From: Squalus acanthias
Taxonomy: Eukaryota
NCBI GenBank assembly: GCA_030390025.1
Contig: JASTWF010000034.1
Location: 4,030,001 to 4,094,000 of the forward strand
DNA length: 64,000 nucleotides
Direction: 5' to 3'
The notes under the pieces are model-generated. The model did no database searches. It worked only from the letters and a program-made list of their open reading frames with translations, and had not been told where the DNA came from. The translations under genes were made by a program, and so were the position numbers. This document shows, piece after piece, positions 23,372 through 35,515 of the stretch; the first letter of the stretch is position 1; each line of letters opens with the position of its first letter.

Positions 23372-26300
23372 CCCCTGGCGAAGTGGGGTGAGGGGTGGAG
23401 TGAGGAGGTGGGCAGGCCTTCTCATTAACCACCCCGTCATAGCCTGGTAAGCTGAAATATCTGTGGTGCTATGTGGGTTTGCTCTCATGGCCATCAGACA
23501 GTTGGATAACATGTTAAACCACTGTCTGGGGTGGTCCGTACAAAACGTTTCCAGCATGGTTTTAAGGGTTCGATTTCCCCACTCCACTACCCCTGATGAT
23601 TGTGGGTGGTGCACTACATGCAATTTGTGGGAGAATTTCATGAGTCTCTGAAGCTCTCAGAACATTTTGCTGGTAAAATGAGTCTCTTGGTTACTATCCA
23701 CCTGGATTGTTATTCCGCACCTGCAGACCACCTCACACAAAAGCAGTTTTGCTGCTGTCAGGGCTGTGTTCATTCTACAGCGGAAAGCCTCAATCCATTT
23801 CATCAATATGTCTATTAGGACCAGACAGTATTTGTAGCCCGAGGGCGCCGTGACGAGGGTGCCTATAAAGTCTATCTGGATGTGTGTCCAGGCTCCGTAG
23901 TAAATCGAATAATTCTACTCCCATAGCCGGGGGGGGGGGGCGCAGGTGACGCAGACATCCGGGGTACTGACGTACATGAGGATGTATAGCAGGGTGCCGG
24001 GCGCATCATGGTGAAGGGAGGTGAGCGGGGTTAACGGGGTTGGCCCAGTAAGGCTGGCCCTGCAGGTGCCATGCGATTACGACCGAGTATGGGTCGTACA
24101 TGGCTTGCAAGGAGGCTGGATCGTTGGCCGGGCTTACAGCTGATACGGGTAACGGGTCAGTTTCCTGGGGTTTTGCCCCCACAAACAGGCCACTATTCCG
24201 GCCTGCTTTGCTGCCTTGTCTGCAGAGGAGTTGCCCCTAGCTAGTGGTTCCATGGAGCGGGAATGTGCCCTAACCGTGCCCATATAGACAGGTGCCGTAC
24301 GTCCCCGCAACACCGCGTCCAGAACCCGAAAAAGGACCGCGTGTAACAAGAGTTTACCGTCGGTCATGCAAACGTTATTCCGGGCACACAGGGGTAAGGA
24401 GAGCAGGGTGTTGATAGCATAGGCACTGTCGGACCAAATATTCATACTTTGAGAACTGGTAATCTGAATGGCAGTGACGGGGGCAGCCACCTCAGCGTAC
24501 TGTGCCGAATGAGGGCTACATTTTTAATGAATGACCACATTCGGCAAGATAATGGCGAACCCGGTGCACGGTTTACCGTCCTTGTGAAATGACGATCCCT
24601 CGATAAAGGCATCCGGAGCGTCCTGAATCAGCTCTGCCTGGACCGAAGGGATGCGGAAGTCCAGCGGAGGAAGGGAACATTCGTGTGGTGGTTCGTCGTA
24701 CAGGAGACGCTGAGGCAGTGAGGTAATTGGTTTGGGAGTGATCTCCAGGTCGCGCTGAGTCAGTTCCAATGTCCAATGGCTCAGCCGGGCTGATGACACC
24801 AGCGTGTCTCCGGGCCGGAGCAACAGGTTCAGAGGTGTGTGTGGAATCTGCAGTATCACCCGCTTGAACGCCGTATTGTGGTGAAGTGTTTGACGGCCCA
24901 GATCGTGGACAACAAGTGTCTTTCGCAAGTGGAGTAAGTCAGTTCGACGCCCCTTAAGATTCTGGAGGCCGATGCGATAGTTACTAGTCCGCCCTGGTTA
25001 TCTTGGCATACGGCGGCGAAGGGCTTTTCTCGCTGGGTCCGAACACCATGTGGAGGGGTTTCTGGGATTGGGTGAAACCAGACATGTCGCCTGTAGGCGG
25101 ATTGCTTCAACGGCGCCACTGCGCCCATGCAGCCCTCAGTCCAGCCGGGTTTGATATGATGGTCATCTCCTTTAAGTAGTTCATGAAGTGGTGCAGCAGT
25201 CTCTGTGAACCGTGGAATGAAGGTACGCTGATATCCCACCAGCCCAAGGAAGGAACGCAGTGCAGTCTTTGAGGTGGGCAGGGATAGACGCTGGATGGTT
25301 TCGACCTGGGGCCGTTCCGGGCTGATGCCGGATGCTCCGATTCGGACGCCTTTAAAGGTAACAGTCCTGTGCCAATTGTGCCTTACGTGGTTGAACCTTT
25401 AGTCCGGCACCCTTCAGGTTCGCAATAGTTCTTGTAGGGGGTTTCGGTGCTGGGCGCCGTCTGTGGCAGCAAGCAGGATATCATCAACATATTGAAGCAA
25501 ATCGGAAGGTAGTGGAAAGCTCTTCAGAACCCTGGCCATACGTTTGTGGACAAATAATGGGGGCATTATCGGACCCCTGCGGCAAACACGTCCAGGTGTA
25601 ACCCTGATCCTCGAAGGTAAATGCGAATTTAAACTGATCTTCCTGTCTTATAGGGATTCTCCAAAAGCCATTAGAAATATCCAGGGTTGAGAAGACTGTC
25701 CTTCCGCTGGGAAGCTGAGAGAGTAGGGTGGGTGTGTCCCGAACTCTCTGTCTGGAGTTCTAGATGGCCCTGACTTTTGGTTAGGCAGCGGGTCCTCAAC
25801 GGCCGCTACTGCAGCCTTGGCAGGTGTCCTAGGGATATTGGCACGGGTCTGATCCCAAGCAGTCCTGGCATGGGTGCGTAGTTGTTCCCACGCGGTGTCT
25901 TTGGAGACGTAAACGCCCAGCACGTTATGGACCAATGGTTGGAGGCCGTTCAAAAAGAGGTTTTTGAAGCTCGGGTGTTTGAAGTAATTCCCTCCACCGC
26001 CCCTGGTGCGCTGGGAAATGTCATGGAGTTTATGCACAAAAAGCATTCGGGCTTTCGGTAGGGCCCTGTTTGGTGTTAGCTCGGACCTGGTGAAAATCAA
26101 TGCCCTCCTGCCCGAGTGTTTGGCCTAGTTCTAATTAAATCTCATATATTGTGACCCCCTCAGTATGTCCAGGTCCATTTCTTGTTTTAATCCTGAGGAA
26201 CATGCATCCAGGAAGACCTGTTTGAGGTTGTCCCCTTCTAGTTCCGGGCGGGTGATCATAAAAATCCTCCAGCGCTGCCTGAGGTTGAGGAGGCTGGGGT

Positions 26301-26570
26301 CCCTATTCCCCGCCGCCAGGATAGCCTTTAGTGACCCCACTTCAACCGCGGTAAGGGACCAATGCGTGGTTGTGGTAGCGGTTTCTGCCTCGTTACAAGT
26401 GGTGGTCGAGGAGGCCGCCTCGCCATTCGGGTCTTGGCCAGCCTGGTGCTTGGACTCGCGTGCTGCTGCAGCTCAGTGACCACAAAAACTGGTATCGTCT
26501 CCCCCGCCTCACCTTCCTTGTATGGGTGGGGCGGAGCAGAGGGAGCAGAAAGTGTAGTTTTCTCAATGAT
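23372..26570 (-). mobile_element. Retrovirus-like element fragment: gag, partial RT, degenerate RNase H/tether, second RNase H, integrase; degraded
   Basis: gag 25740-26560; RT TLDISNGFW..YTWTCLPQG..LLQYVDD (~25480-25700); YSTCERHLL; FIEGSS..QYAEVAA..IWSDSAYA; IN HHPQSSGVVE. Confidence 0.85.
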
Positions 26571-26597
26571 GTTGTCCCAGCAAAGGTTGAGTGGAGC

Positions 26598-26895
26598 TGT
26601 AATTGAGGTGTATAATTATTGAGGGACCTAGATAGAGTGTATAGGAAGGTGATAATTCCCCGAGCAAGGAGGTCAATAACCAGTGGGCATAGATTTTAAG
26701 TAATTGGTAGAAGGATTAGAGGGGAGTTGAGGAGGACTGTTTTCACCCAGAGAGTGGTGCGGGCCTAGAACACACTGCCTAAAAGGTTGGTAGAGACAGA
26801 AACCATCACTGCATTTAAAAAGTACCTACAGCCGGCAGGATCACGATGGACAGAATTGACTCCTTCTGTGCCGTAAATTTCTATGAATCTATGAA
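26598..26895 (+). mobile_element. CR1 3' end
   Basis: gggcatagattttaag..ttcacccagagagtggtg..tttctatgaatctatgaa. Confidence 0.8.
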
Positions 26896-26949
26896 GTTGT
26901 CAGACAGTTATGCGCCTCTGCACGTGTTTTTTTTTAAACAATTACCGAT

Positions 26950-29661
26950 AGAAAAATAATCAAACTCCATTTTACTTTTTTCACAGTCTTTCTACCTTGA
27001 AATCCTCCTGAGGAATTAACGCATCGGTTAATTAATACAATCCAATTAAAAGATGTCTCCATATTTCTACCACAGAGTTAGAAGTTTCCACTTCAAATCC
27101 TTAAACAATTGAGAAAACTTAAACTGCCAATTGTTAGATGTGATGATCTCATGTCCGGAATTAGCGATCGCCACATAGTTTACAATCAGCAGAGTTTAAT
27201 TGTGGCCACAATGAAACTCGGGTTCACACCATTTAATATGTTAGTGAACATCAATAATTGCAACTTCTTTCAGAGCAATATTTTAGGAACTATAAATTAC
27301 TGAATATAACTGAAGAAAAAATTAGTCTTAACAAATTAAATCTTCGTAACATTTTTACACATTGAGAAAGAGCTCAAAGCCACGGCACTGGCACCAAAAC
27401 ATTCACACAGGCTTTTTAATGAATCAGTCCGTCCGCTGAAAACAAAGGAACTCCTGCAGCTTGTGAGACTAGAAAGGAACAGAATCTGTCCCCTTCTCCT
27501 TCTTCATTCCATCATATTTACTGCCTTTTCTCCCAAACCAATTTACAATTTCTGATGAGTGTTACTTAGCCCAATTTGGAATAACAGTCAATTATATCCA
27601 AGCTGTTCTGTCTACCATTCTGAGTCATTTGAAATGGGCAAAACCAATCAATTTGCAAATTTCTTCACGGACCATGGCTCCAGGGACATGGCTAGAGGGC
27701 GTTTTAATTCCAGGATCATACTGGGCACAGGTGAGCCAGTCATTAATAATATCATTCATGGGCTGAACAATACTGGGTCACCGCACCTGCTGCACTTGCC
27801 TTTGGACCGGGCTTTCACCCTCCTGGTGCCCAGCAGGGGTGCGGCCCACCAGACACCTCGTTAGAAGTGACTGTGGGACCACCCATTTACCCGGATCAAA
27901 TCACACGTCATCCTGTACTATAAAGTGTCCTTTCTTTGAAGGCATCTTTGGGCCACGAGCTTTGATGGCCGCCTGAACTGCTTTAATTAAGGAGTCATCA
28001 CCCTGCAACCCTGAATGTGAGAAAGGGGATGTTTCACTTCAAACTTTATTGATCTGGCCTGCAAGGCTCCGTGTGGTTCCCACAATTCCAATGCAAACTA
28101 TGCTCATACGTTTTGGCTAGCTGCTGTGCCTTGTCATTCTCACAGCCCCTGAGGACCATGTTGGAATGGGTTCAGATTTTTACCACCCCTAAAGGCTGTT
28201 GCCTCCTCTCAGCCTCTGTCAGAATCCACTGGATCTTCCCTTTCGAAGGCAACGACTTGCCGTCCACAGAAATAAATCCTCTTTTATTCCAAATTACTTC
28301 CTGCTTGTCAGAAGCTTAGTGGGTGTGGGAGAATGCAATCTCAAAGGCAGGTCTAGGACTTGGAGTAACCGAATAATAAAATAGTGCTTTTTAAATGTTT
28401 CAATTCATTTCAAACAAGAACAGGCGTTTTTAATTTAATCTGCATTGAGCAATAAAAGTTTTTTAGCTGTAATCCCATTAGTACAAAGTGCTTTGAAGAA
28501 GTTCAAATTGATATACGATCAGACACCATCCTGCGATTGTAACTTGTAATCTTCAAAGCTGTATCTTACCTTTCTTATTGTAAATCAAACTTTTTGGTGC
28601 TTTTCACAGTTACACAAGTAAACTTCAGCCAAAATAAATCCACACCAGCATCTTTAACTTAAAATGTGAATCACCAAATTTTAAAATATTGATCACTGTA
28701 AAGGGTTATGAGCCCATACAGTGCCTAAACTTTACCTGATACTCCCAGGTCGGGAGCCCAAGAATTATTCCCACAGTTTAAATCAGTTCAAAACCAAACA
28801 GCACTCAAAATATCTCAAACATAATCCATATGTCTACACATACAAAGAGAAAACAATTAACACACTTAAAGCAGCACATGCTTCTAGAAAGAGAAACGGG
28901 AAACAAACATCACACAGACACAATTTAATAGAGATTTACAAACAACAGAAATTAAGTAGAAACATTCTCAGCATTCTTAATGTGAAGCCCTCGGCTCTTT
29001 TACACTTTCACACACACTTCCCTACACATTGAAACCACAAGCAACAGCCTTTGCCTGCTGCGACAAGACTGATGTTAACCTGTTTCCAAACGTTTATCTT
29101 CCTTCTCAGCACTATTTCTGGCCCTTCTTCTAACAGACACACCCAATCATCATCACCTGCTTCAAAGGGGTTTGACTGAAGGTCCGCTACCTGGAACCAG
29201 TCCTCTCTCCATGGTAACTTCACCGCTATGTATTCTTGGATTGCTACTTCCATATTCCACCCGTGATACCCTCCACGCCTCTGTCCAGAAATCCCACTTC
29301 TTCCTGGGACGTGAAGACCATATACATTGGAATCTACTCACTCGTGACAACCATTCTTTGTTTGACTATGTCAGGTCCCTGTTCGGGCGCCATTTATTCT
29401 GTCGGCATACAGATGTTCCATTGATTCGTGAACCTGGACAGTAGCCAGCCAGAGCAAGTCACTCTACTCTGTATATTAATTAATCAAAGTGAACGTTAGT
29501 GATTTAAATATTGCACGCAGCAATACAACAGTTTACACAAGAATCAAGACTGCAGCAAGCAATACATACGACCTTTAAACGAAAGATCTCAGCATCAAGG
29601 CAGAAGAGTGATCTGCTCTCTCTCTCAGCCCTTCAAGTTTCTTCTTTTTGTTCCTAGACGT
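26950..29661 (-). mobile_element. Degraded ERV with tRNA-Lys3 PBS, partial 5' LTR (29400-29661) and RNase H / integrase-Zn remnants
   Basis: PBS 29375-29392; LTR end ..tgccgaca at 29400; manual translation 28310->28110 WNKRGFISVDGKSL..VVKI*THS..NDKAQQLAK; 27890->27720 WVVP..GH..LTCAQYDP. Confidence 0.6.
29375..29392 (-). promoter_or_regulatory. Primer-binding site, tRNA-Lys3(UUU)
   Basis: reverse complement = TGGCGCCCGAACAGGGAC, the canonical 18-nt Lys3 PBS. Confidence 0.9.
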
Positions 29662-29680
29662 TGTAAGAATAAAAATATAT

Positions 29681-32600
29681 AGAAACATAGAAACATAGAA
29701 GATAGGAGCAGGAGTTGGTCATTCGGCCCCTCGAGCCTGCTCTGCCATTTAATGAGATCATGGCTGATCATCAAAATTCAGAACCCTGTCCCTGCTTTCT
29801 CCCCACATCCCTTGATCCCTTTAGCCTTAAGAAATATATCTAACTCCTTCTTGAATATATTATAATGAGTTGGCCTCAACTGCCTTCTGTGGTAGAGAAT
29901 TCCACAGGTTCACCAATCTATGGTTGAAGAAATTCCTCCTCATCTCAGTCCTAAATGGCTTCCCCCTTATCCTTAGACTGTGACCCCTGGTTCTGGACTC
30001 CCCTGCCATTGGGAACATCCTTCCTACATCTAGTCTGTCTAGTCCTGTTTGAATTTTATATGTTCAATGAGATCCCCTCTCATTCTTCTAAACTCTAGCG
30101 AATACAAGCTCAATCGTCCCAATCTCTCTTCATACGTCATTCCTGCCATCCCAGTTATCAGTCTGGTGAATCTTCGCTGCACTCCCTTCATGGCAAGAAC
30201 ATCCTTCCTCATTAAGGCGACCAAAACTGCACACAATACTCAAGGTGTGGTCTCACCAAGGCCCTGTACAACTGCAGCAAGACATCCTTGCTCCTGTACT
30301 TGAATCCTCTCGCTATGAAGGCCAACATACCATTTGCCTTCTTAACCACCTGCTGCACCTGCATGCTTACCTTCAGCGACTGGTGCACAAGGACACCCAT
30401 GTCTCGTTTCACTTCCCCTATTCCCAATCTATTGCCGTTCAGATAATAATTTGCCTTCCTGTTTTTGACACCAAAGTGGATAACCTCGCATTTATTTACA
30501 TTATACTGCATCTGCCATGCATCTGACCAATCACCCAACTTGTCCAAATCATACTGGAGTTTCTCTGCATCCTCCTCATAACACACACGCCCACCCAGCT
30601 TTGTGTCATCTGCAAACTTGGAGATATTACATCTAGTTCCCTCGTCTAGATCATTAATATATATTGTGAATAACTGGGATCCTAGCACCGATCCCTGCGG
30701 TACCCCACCAGTCACTGCCTGCCACTCGGAAATTGACCCATTTATTCCAACTCTTTGCTTCTTGTCTGCCAACCAGTTCTCCATCCAAGTCATTACCTTA
30801 CCCCCAATCCCATGTGATTTAACTTTGCACGCCAATCTCTTATGCGGGACCTTATCGAAGGCCTTCTGAAAGTCCAAATACACCACATCCACTGGTTCTC
30901 CCTGATCTATTCTACCAGTTACATCCTCAAAAAATTCCAGTGGTTTAGGCAAGCATGATTTACCTTTTGTAAATCTAAGTTGACTTTGTCCGATCCTTTC
31001 ACTGTTTACCAAGTGCTCTGCTATTACATCTTTTATAATGGACTCTAACATTTTCCCCACTACCGATGTCAGGCTTATAATTCCCCGTTTTCTCCCTACC
31101 ACCTTTTTAAATCGTGGGGTTACATTTGCTACTCTCCAATCCATGGGAAATGTTTCAGAGTCGACAGAATTTTGAAAGATGATCAGCAATGCATCTACTA
31201 TTTCTAGGGCCACTTCCTTAAGTACCCTAGGATACAAATTATCAGGCCCTGCGGATATATCAGCCTTCAATCCCGTCAATTTCCCTAACACCATTTCCCT
31301 ACAAATACTGATTTCATTCAGTTCTTCCCTCTCATTAGACCCTATGTTCCCCGACATCTCTGGGAGGTTATTTGTGTTCTCCTTTGTGAAGACAGAACTA
31401 AAGTATGTATTAATAGAAACATAGAAAAATAGAAGATAGGCGCAGGAGTAGGCCATTCGGACCCTCGAGCCTGCTCTGCCATTTAATGAGATCATGCCTG
31501 ATCATCCAAATTCAGTACCCTGTTCCTGCTTTCTCCCCATATCCCTTGATCCCTTTAGCCTTAAGAAATATATCTAACTCCTTCTTGAATATATTTAATG
31601 AATTGGCCTCAACTGCCTTCTGTGGTAGAGAATTCCACAGGTTCACCACTCTCTGGGTGAAGAAATTCCTCCTCATCTCAATACTAAATGGCTTCCCCCT
31701 TATCCTTAGATTGTCACCCCTGGTTATGGACTCCCCTGCCATCGGGAACATCCTTCCTGCATCTAGTCTGTCTAGTCCTGTTAGAATTTTATAAGTTTCA
31801 ATGAGATCCCCTCTCATTCTTCTAAACTCTAGCGAATACAAGCTCAATCGTCCCAATCTCTCTTCATACGTCATTCCTGCCATCCCAGGTATCAGTCTGG
31901 TGAATCTTCGCTGCACTCCCTCCAAGGCAAGAACATCCTTCCTCAGATAAGGCGACTAAAACTGCACATTGGTCAGCCATTTATTTCTTCCCCATTATAA
32001 ATTCCCCTGATTCTGACTGCAAGAGACCTACGCTTAACTTCACCAATCTTTTTCTCTTCACATATCTATAGAAGCTTTTACAGTCAGTTTTTATGTTCCC
32101 AGCAAGCTTACTCTCATACTCTATTTTCCCCCTCTCAATTAATCCCTTTGTTCTCCTTTGCTGAAATCTATACTGCTCCTAATCCTCATGTTTGCTGGTT
32201 TTTCAGGCCAATTTATATGTCCTCTCCTTGGATCTTATGCTATCCCTAATTTCCCTTGTTAGCCATGGTTGAGTCACCTTTTTTGTTTTATTTTTATGCC
32301 AAACAGTGATGAACAAATTCTGTAGTTCATCCATGCGATCTTTAAATGTTTGCCATTGCCTATCCACTGTCAACCCTTTAAGTAACGTTCCCCAATCCAT
32401 CCTAGCCAATTCGCGCCTCATACCATCGTAGTTTCCTTTATTTAAATTCAGGACCCTAGTCTCTGATTCAACTACTTCACTCTCCATCTTAATGAAGAAT
32501 TCTATCATATTATGATCGCTCCTCCCAAGGGGCCTCGCACAACAAGATTGCTAATTAATCCTTGCTCATTACATAATACCCATTCTAAGATGGCCTGATC

Positions 32601-32789
32601 TCGAGTTGGTTCTTCGACATATTGGTCCAGGATACCATCCAGTATACACTCAAGGAATTCCTCCTCCACAGTATTGTCACTAATTTGGATTGCCCAATCT
32701 ATATGTAGATTAAAGTCACCCATGATAACTGCTGTGCCCTTATTGCACGCATCACTAATTTCCCGTTTAATGCCATCCCCAACCTCAGC
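29681..32789 (-). mobile_element. CR1 LINE (5'-truncated) inserted in the ERV 5' LTR
   Basis: MGDFN endonuclease region, RT ORF 30212-31495 with PQGSVLG/KFADD; atat repeated at both junctions. Confidence 0.92.
31414..31968 (-). mobile_element. Same-family CR1 3' end nested inside the CR1 above
   Basis: second copy of tail and RT C-terminus interrupts the ADQLN-YF region, which resumes at ~31969. Confidence 0.85.
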
Positions 32790-33572
32790 ATATGTTTTGT
32801 ATGTGAGATGGACTCAAGACTATTAATATAAGATGTATGTGATAAAGATGAACTTGATGTGTACGGATCTCCCTGCTCAAGGCAACGGCGCAAAACTTAA
32901 GAATTGAAACCTGCATAACAGGAAAACCCCCCACAGAGACAGCATCGAAACTCACCATCGAAACTCAAGAGCCATTAAAAGGTGTTAACAAACAATTCAC
33001 TTAATCAAGAAATGGCACCAGCCACTGCAGACAGACACATGTTCAAAGGAAAGCCAATCAAGAACAGCCATAAAACTGAGACCCAATCCTTAGGTCTTAG
33101 CAATTTAGACTGGAGACAGTGGACTTAAAAAGACATAAAATAAGGAACCCAACGGCTCTCACTCTCTCTCTGGAGGACCGCTCGGAGAAACAGGAAGCCC
33201 TCCCTCTGCAGACCAGACCAAGAAGCGAGGAAAAAGGCCGCATGCATTGCTTGACTCAGGGAAGTACAAGTCTGTTTAAATCGAACCCATTGCCTTACCT
33301 GTTGTAATCGAGTAGAGTCCATAGGATACCAGTAGGCTATTGTTTTGATGTGCATGAGTGTGTTTGTTTAATAAACTTATTCCAAGTTGTTTCAAATGAA
33401 TTGGTCTTGCTGTCAATGTAATGCCAGTCGAAATAAAAAGCTTATAAAACTTTTGGCTCGTCCAGGATCTGGCGAGACAGCTTTAGATCATTCTTTTAAA
33501 CAATTGGAAATTACGGGAGTTGTGATTCTAACCTGTGGAGCGAAGTTTAAAAATAAATTCAAAAGACGCAGG

Positions 33573-35333
33573 ATGAAGGGTCGGGGGGCATACAAAAAGT
33601 CAACAAAATACGTAGCTGTAGCCTTCCATGAGAACATATACGAAAAGGTATCCATAAGGGACTTACAAGAGTTACGGGCACGATGCATCTGTAAGGGCCA
33701 ACATGCGTCCTTTGGGAAGCTCGTGTCATTTATCCAGGAGAGGGTAGGTGAGGGAAAGCTAAGGCCCAAACAGGCAAACGGTCTCTTGGCATTCGGGGCA
33801 CATTACTGTGCTCGGAGAGATGAGGAATTAATGAGGCAGGATGCAAAAGAGATTCGAGATTTAAAGGGAGAGATACAAGATTTAAAAGAACTAAAATTCA
33901 AAGAGATTCAACTAAAAGAAAAGGAGATTCAAAATATTAAAGAACAGAAAGAAGAAGGCATCCAGCTTGTTAGACAGTTAAAGGAGGGTGAAATGCAGCA
34001 TTTGAGACAAGAAATCGATCGATTAGGCCACAGTATCAGGCAACTAGAAAGAGGAGCCGAGCAGGCAGCTTCGTTGCTACAGCAACAAAGCCTCTCACAA
34101 TTAAATGCAGGAGCAGCTGTCGCGGCAGCAAATGAAATCAAATTAAAATCAAGAAATATAAATTGGAAAACCTGGGGCTCCGGCAGGAAGTAGAAGACGT
34201 TAGGGGGGCATTAAGGGAAGCAATTAAGAAGCTACATAGGGAGGCAGACCACTCCCGGTGCCGCCTAGAAATAGCGCGGCTGAAGAGTAAATTAGGGCAG
34301 CAACAGGCTCGAGTATCCGCAGTAACACGGGGAGCCATAACAGAGACAACAGAAAGGGACGAGGGGAAGACAGATTTGGAAGAGGAAGGCAGTCAGTATA
34401 ATCCCCAGCAGGGCGGCGAAGGATAGGATACCTTGGAGACACAAGGGCCAACCGTAGCAGTAGTGAACACTTCTTTACAGCGTAATGTGCATGATCACAT
34501 GACGAGTAACCATACCGAATCAGGGCCCATATCTGGTGCTGACACCACGGCGTGTAGCCACGAGTTAGGGCCCTATTAATTTTGGGGACGACCCACTGGT
34601 CGTTAATAGGAGGTGGATTATTTCAGGAGGAATCGCCCCGAGTTAGAAGAGGCAGACTTAACACGAGTCCTCCTCTTGTCCTGTTCCACTTTTTAAAGAA
34701 TAATCTGCCAGACGCGATCCTCCAGCGTGGCACAGCGACCGATGCTGTCGTGACCGAGATCCTAAACCATATAGGGATCTAAAACTTAACCTTAGTGGAT
34801 TTGCTTAGTCAGACTAAACAGCGCCCAGATGAGACCCCGAGAGCGTTCAGTAATCGCCTGTACGATATCTATGAACGTCCCCAGAACCAGGCACCCGCAA
34901 ATGCTGCAGCAGGAAAGAATCAGGAACCATTCAAACCGATGTTCCTGACCCAGCTCCACTCTTTAGTTAAAACCACACTGGGTATAGCCCTGAGGCCCGC
35001 CGATCAGTGGACAGATATAGAGACTGACGTTTAAAGAGCCTGGGAGATGGTAAAAGACCAGTTAAAGGTGAAGTCATCACCCACCGCAAAGAATCAGTGT
35101 CAGCGGTGGAGGGATCTAGGTACTACCCCTTTAGAGGACAGTGGTTTAATTGTAAGAAGGAAGGTCACCTCGCAAAACACTGCAGGAGACCCAGACAGGC
35201 ACCGGACCACGATGCAACGCATAGATCCCTCCCGACGGATGAACCCGAGCCCTCTGGGGTGGAACAACAATTGGCTCAGTTAGTTACCCTTTTAAAAAAG
35301 GACGAATTCAAGTCCTCTGGGACGGATCAATGA
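33573..35333 (+). pseudogene. gag: ERV gag (coiled-coil N-terminus, capsid-like region, degenerate CCHC knuckle), frameshifted
   Basis: KQRPDETPRAFSNRL; (W)FNCKKEGHLAKHC. Confidence 0.7.
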
Positions 35334-35515
35334 TTGGACCAGTTGATAACCCTCATGAAAGCTCAAATTGTCACGGGGCGGGGGGGGGGGGGGGGATGCA
35401 AAATAATTTACCGGTGCACGCAATCGCCAGTGCACACCCATTGGAAATGCAAATTCCTATTGTCAATGCACACCCATTGGAGGGACCCCTGCAAGGATCC
35501 ACCCTATGACGGGGA

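Noticed and set aside
23372..29661. One single minus-strand provirus
   Set aside because: RNase H/integrase remnants at 27.7-28.3 kb lie upstream of the gag at 25.7-26.5 kb, which is incompatible with one gag-pol order; treated as two elements, tentatively
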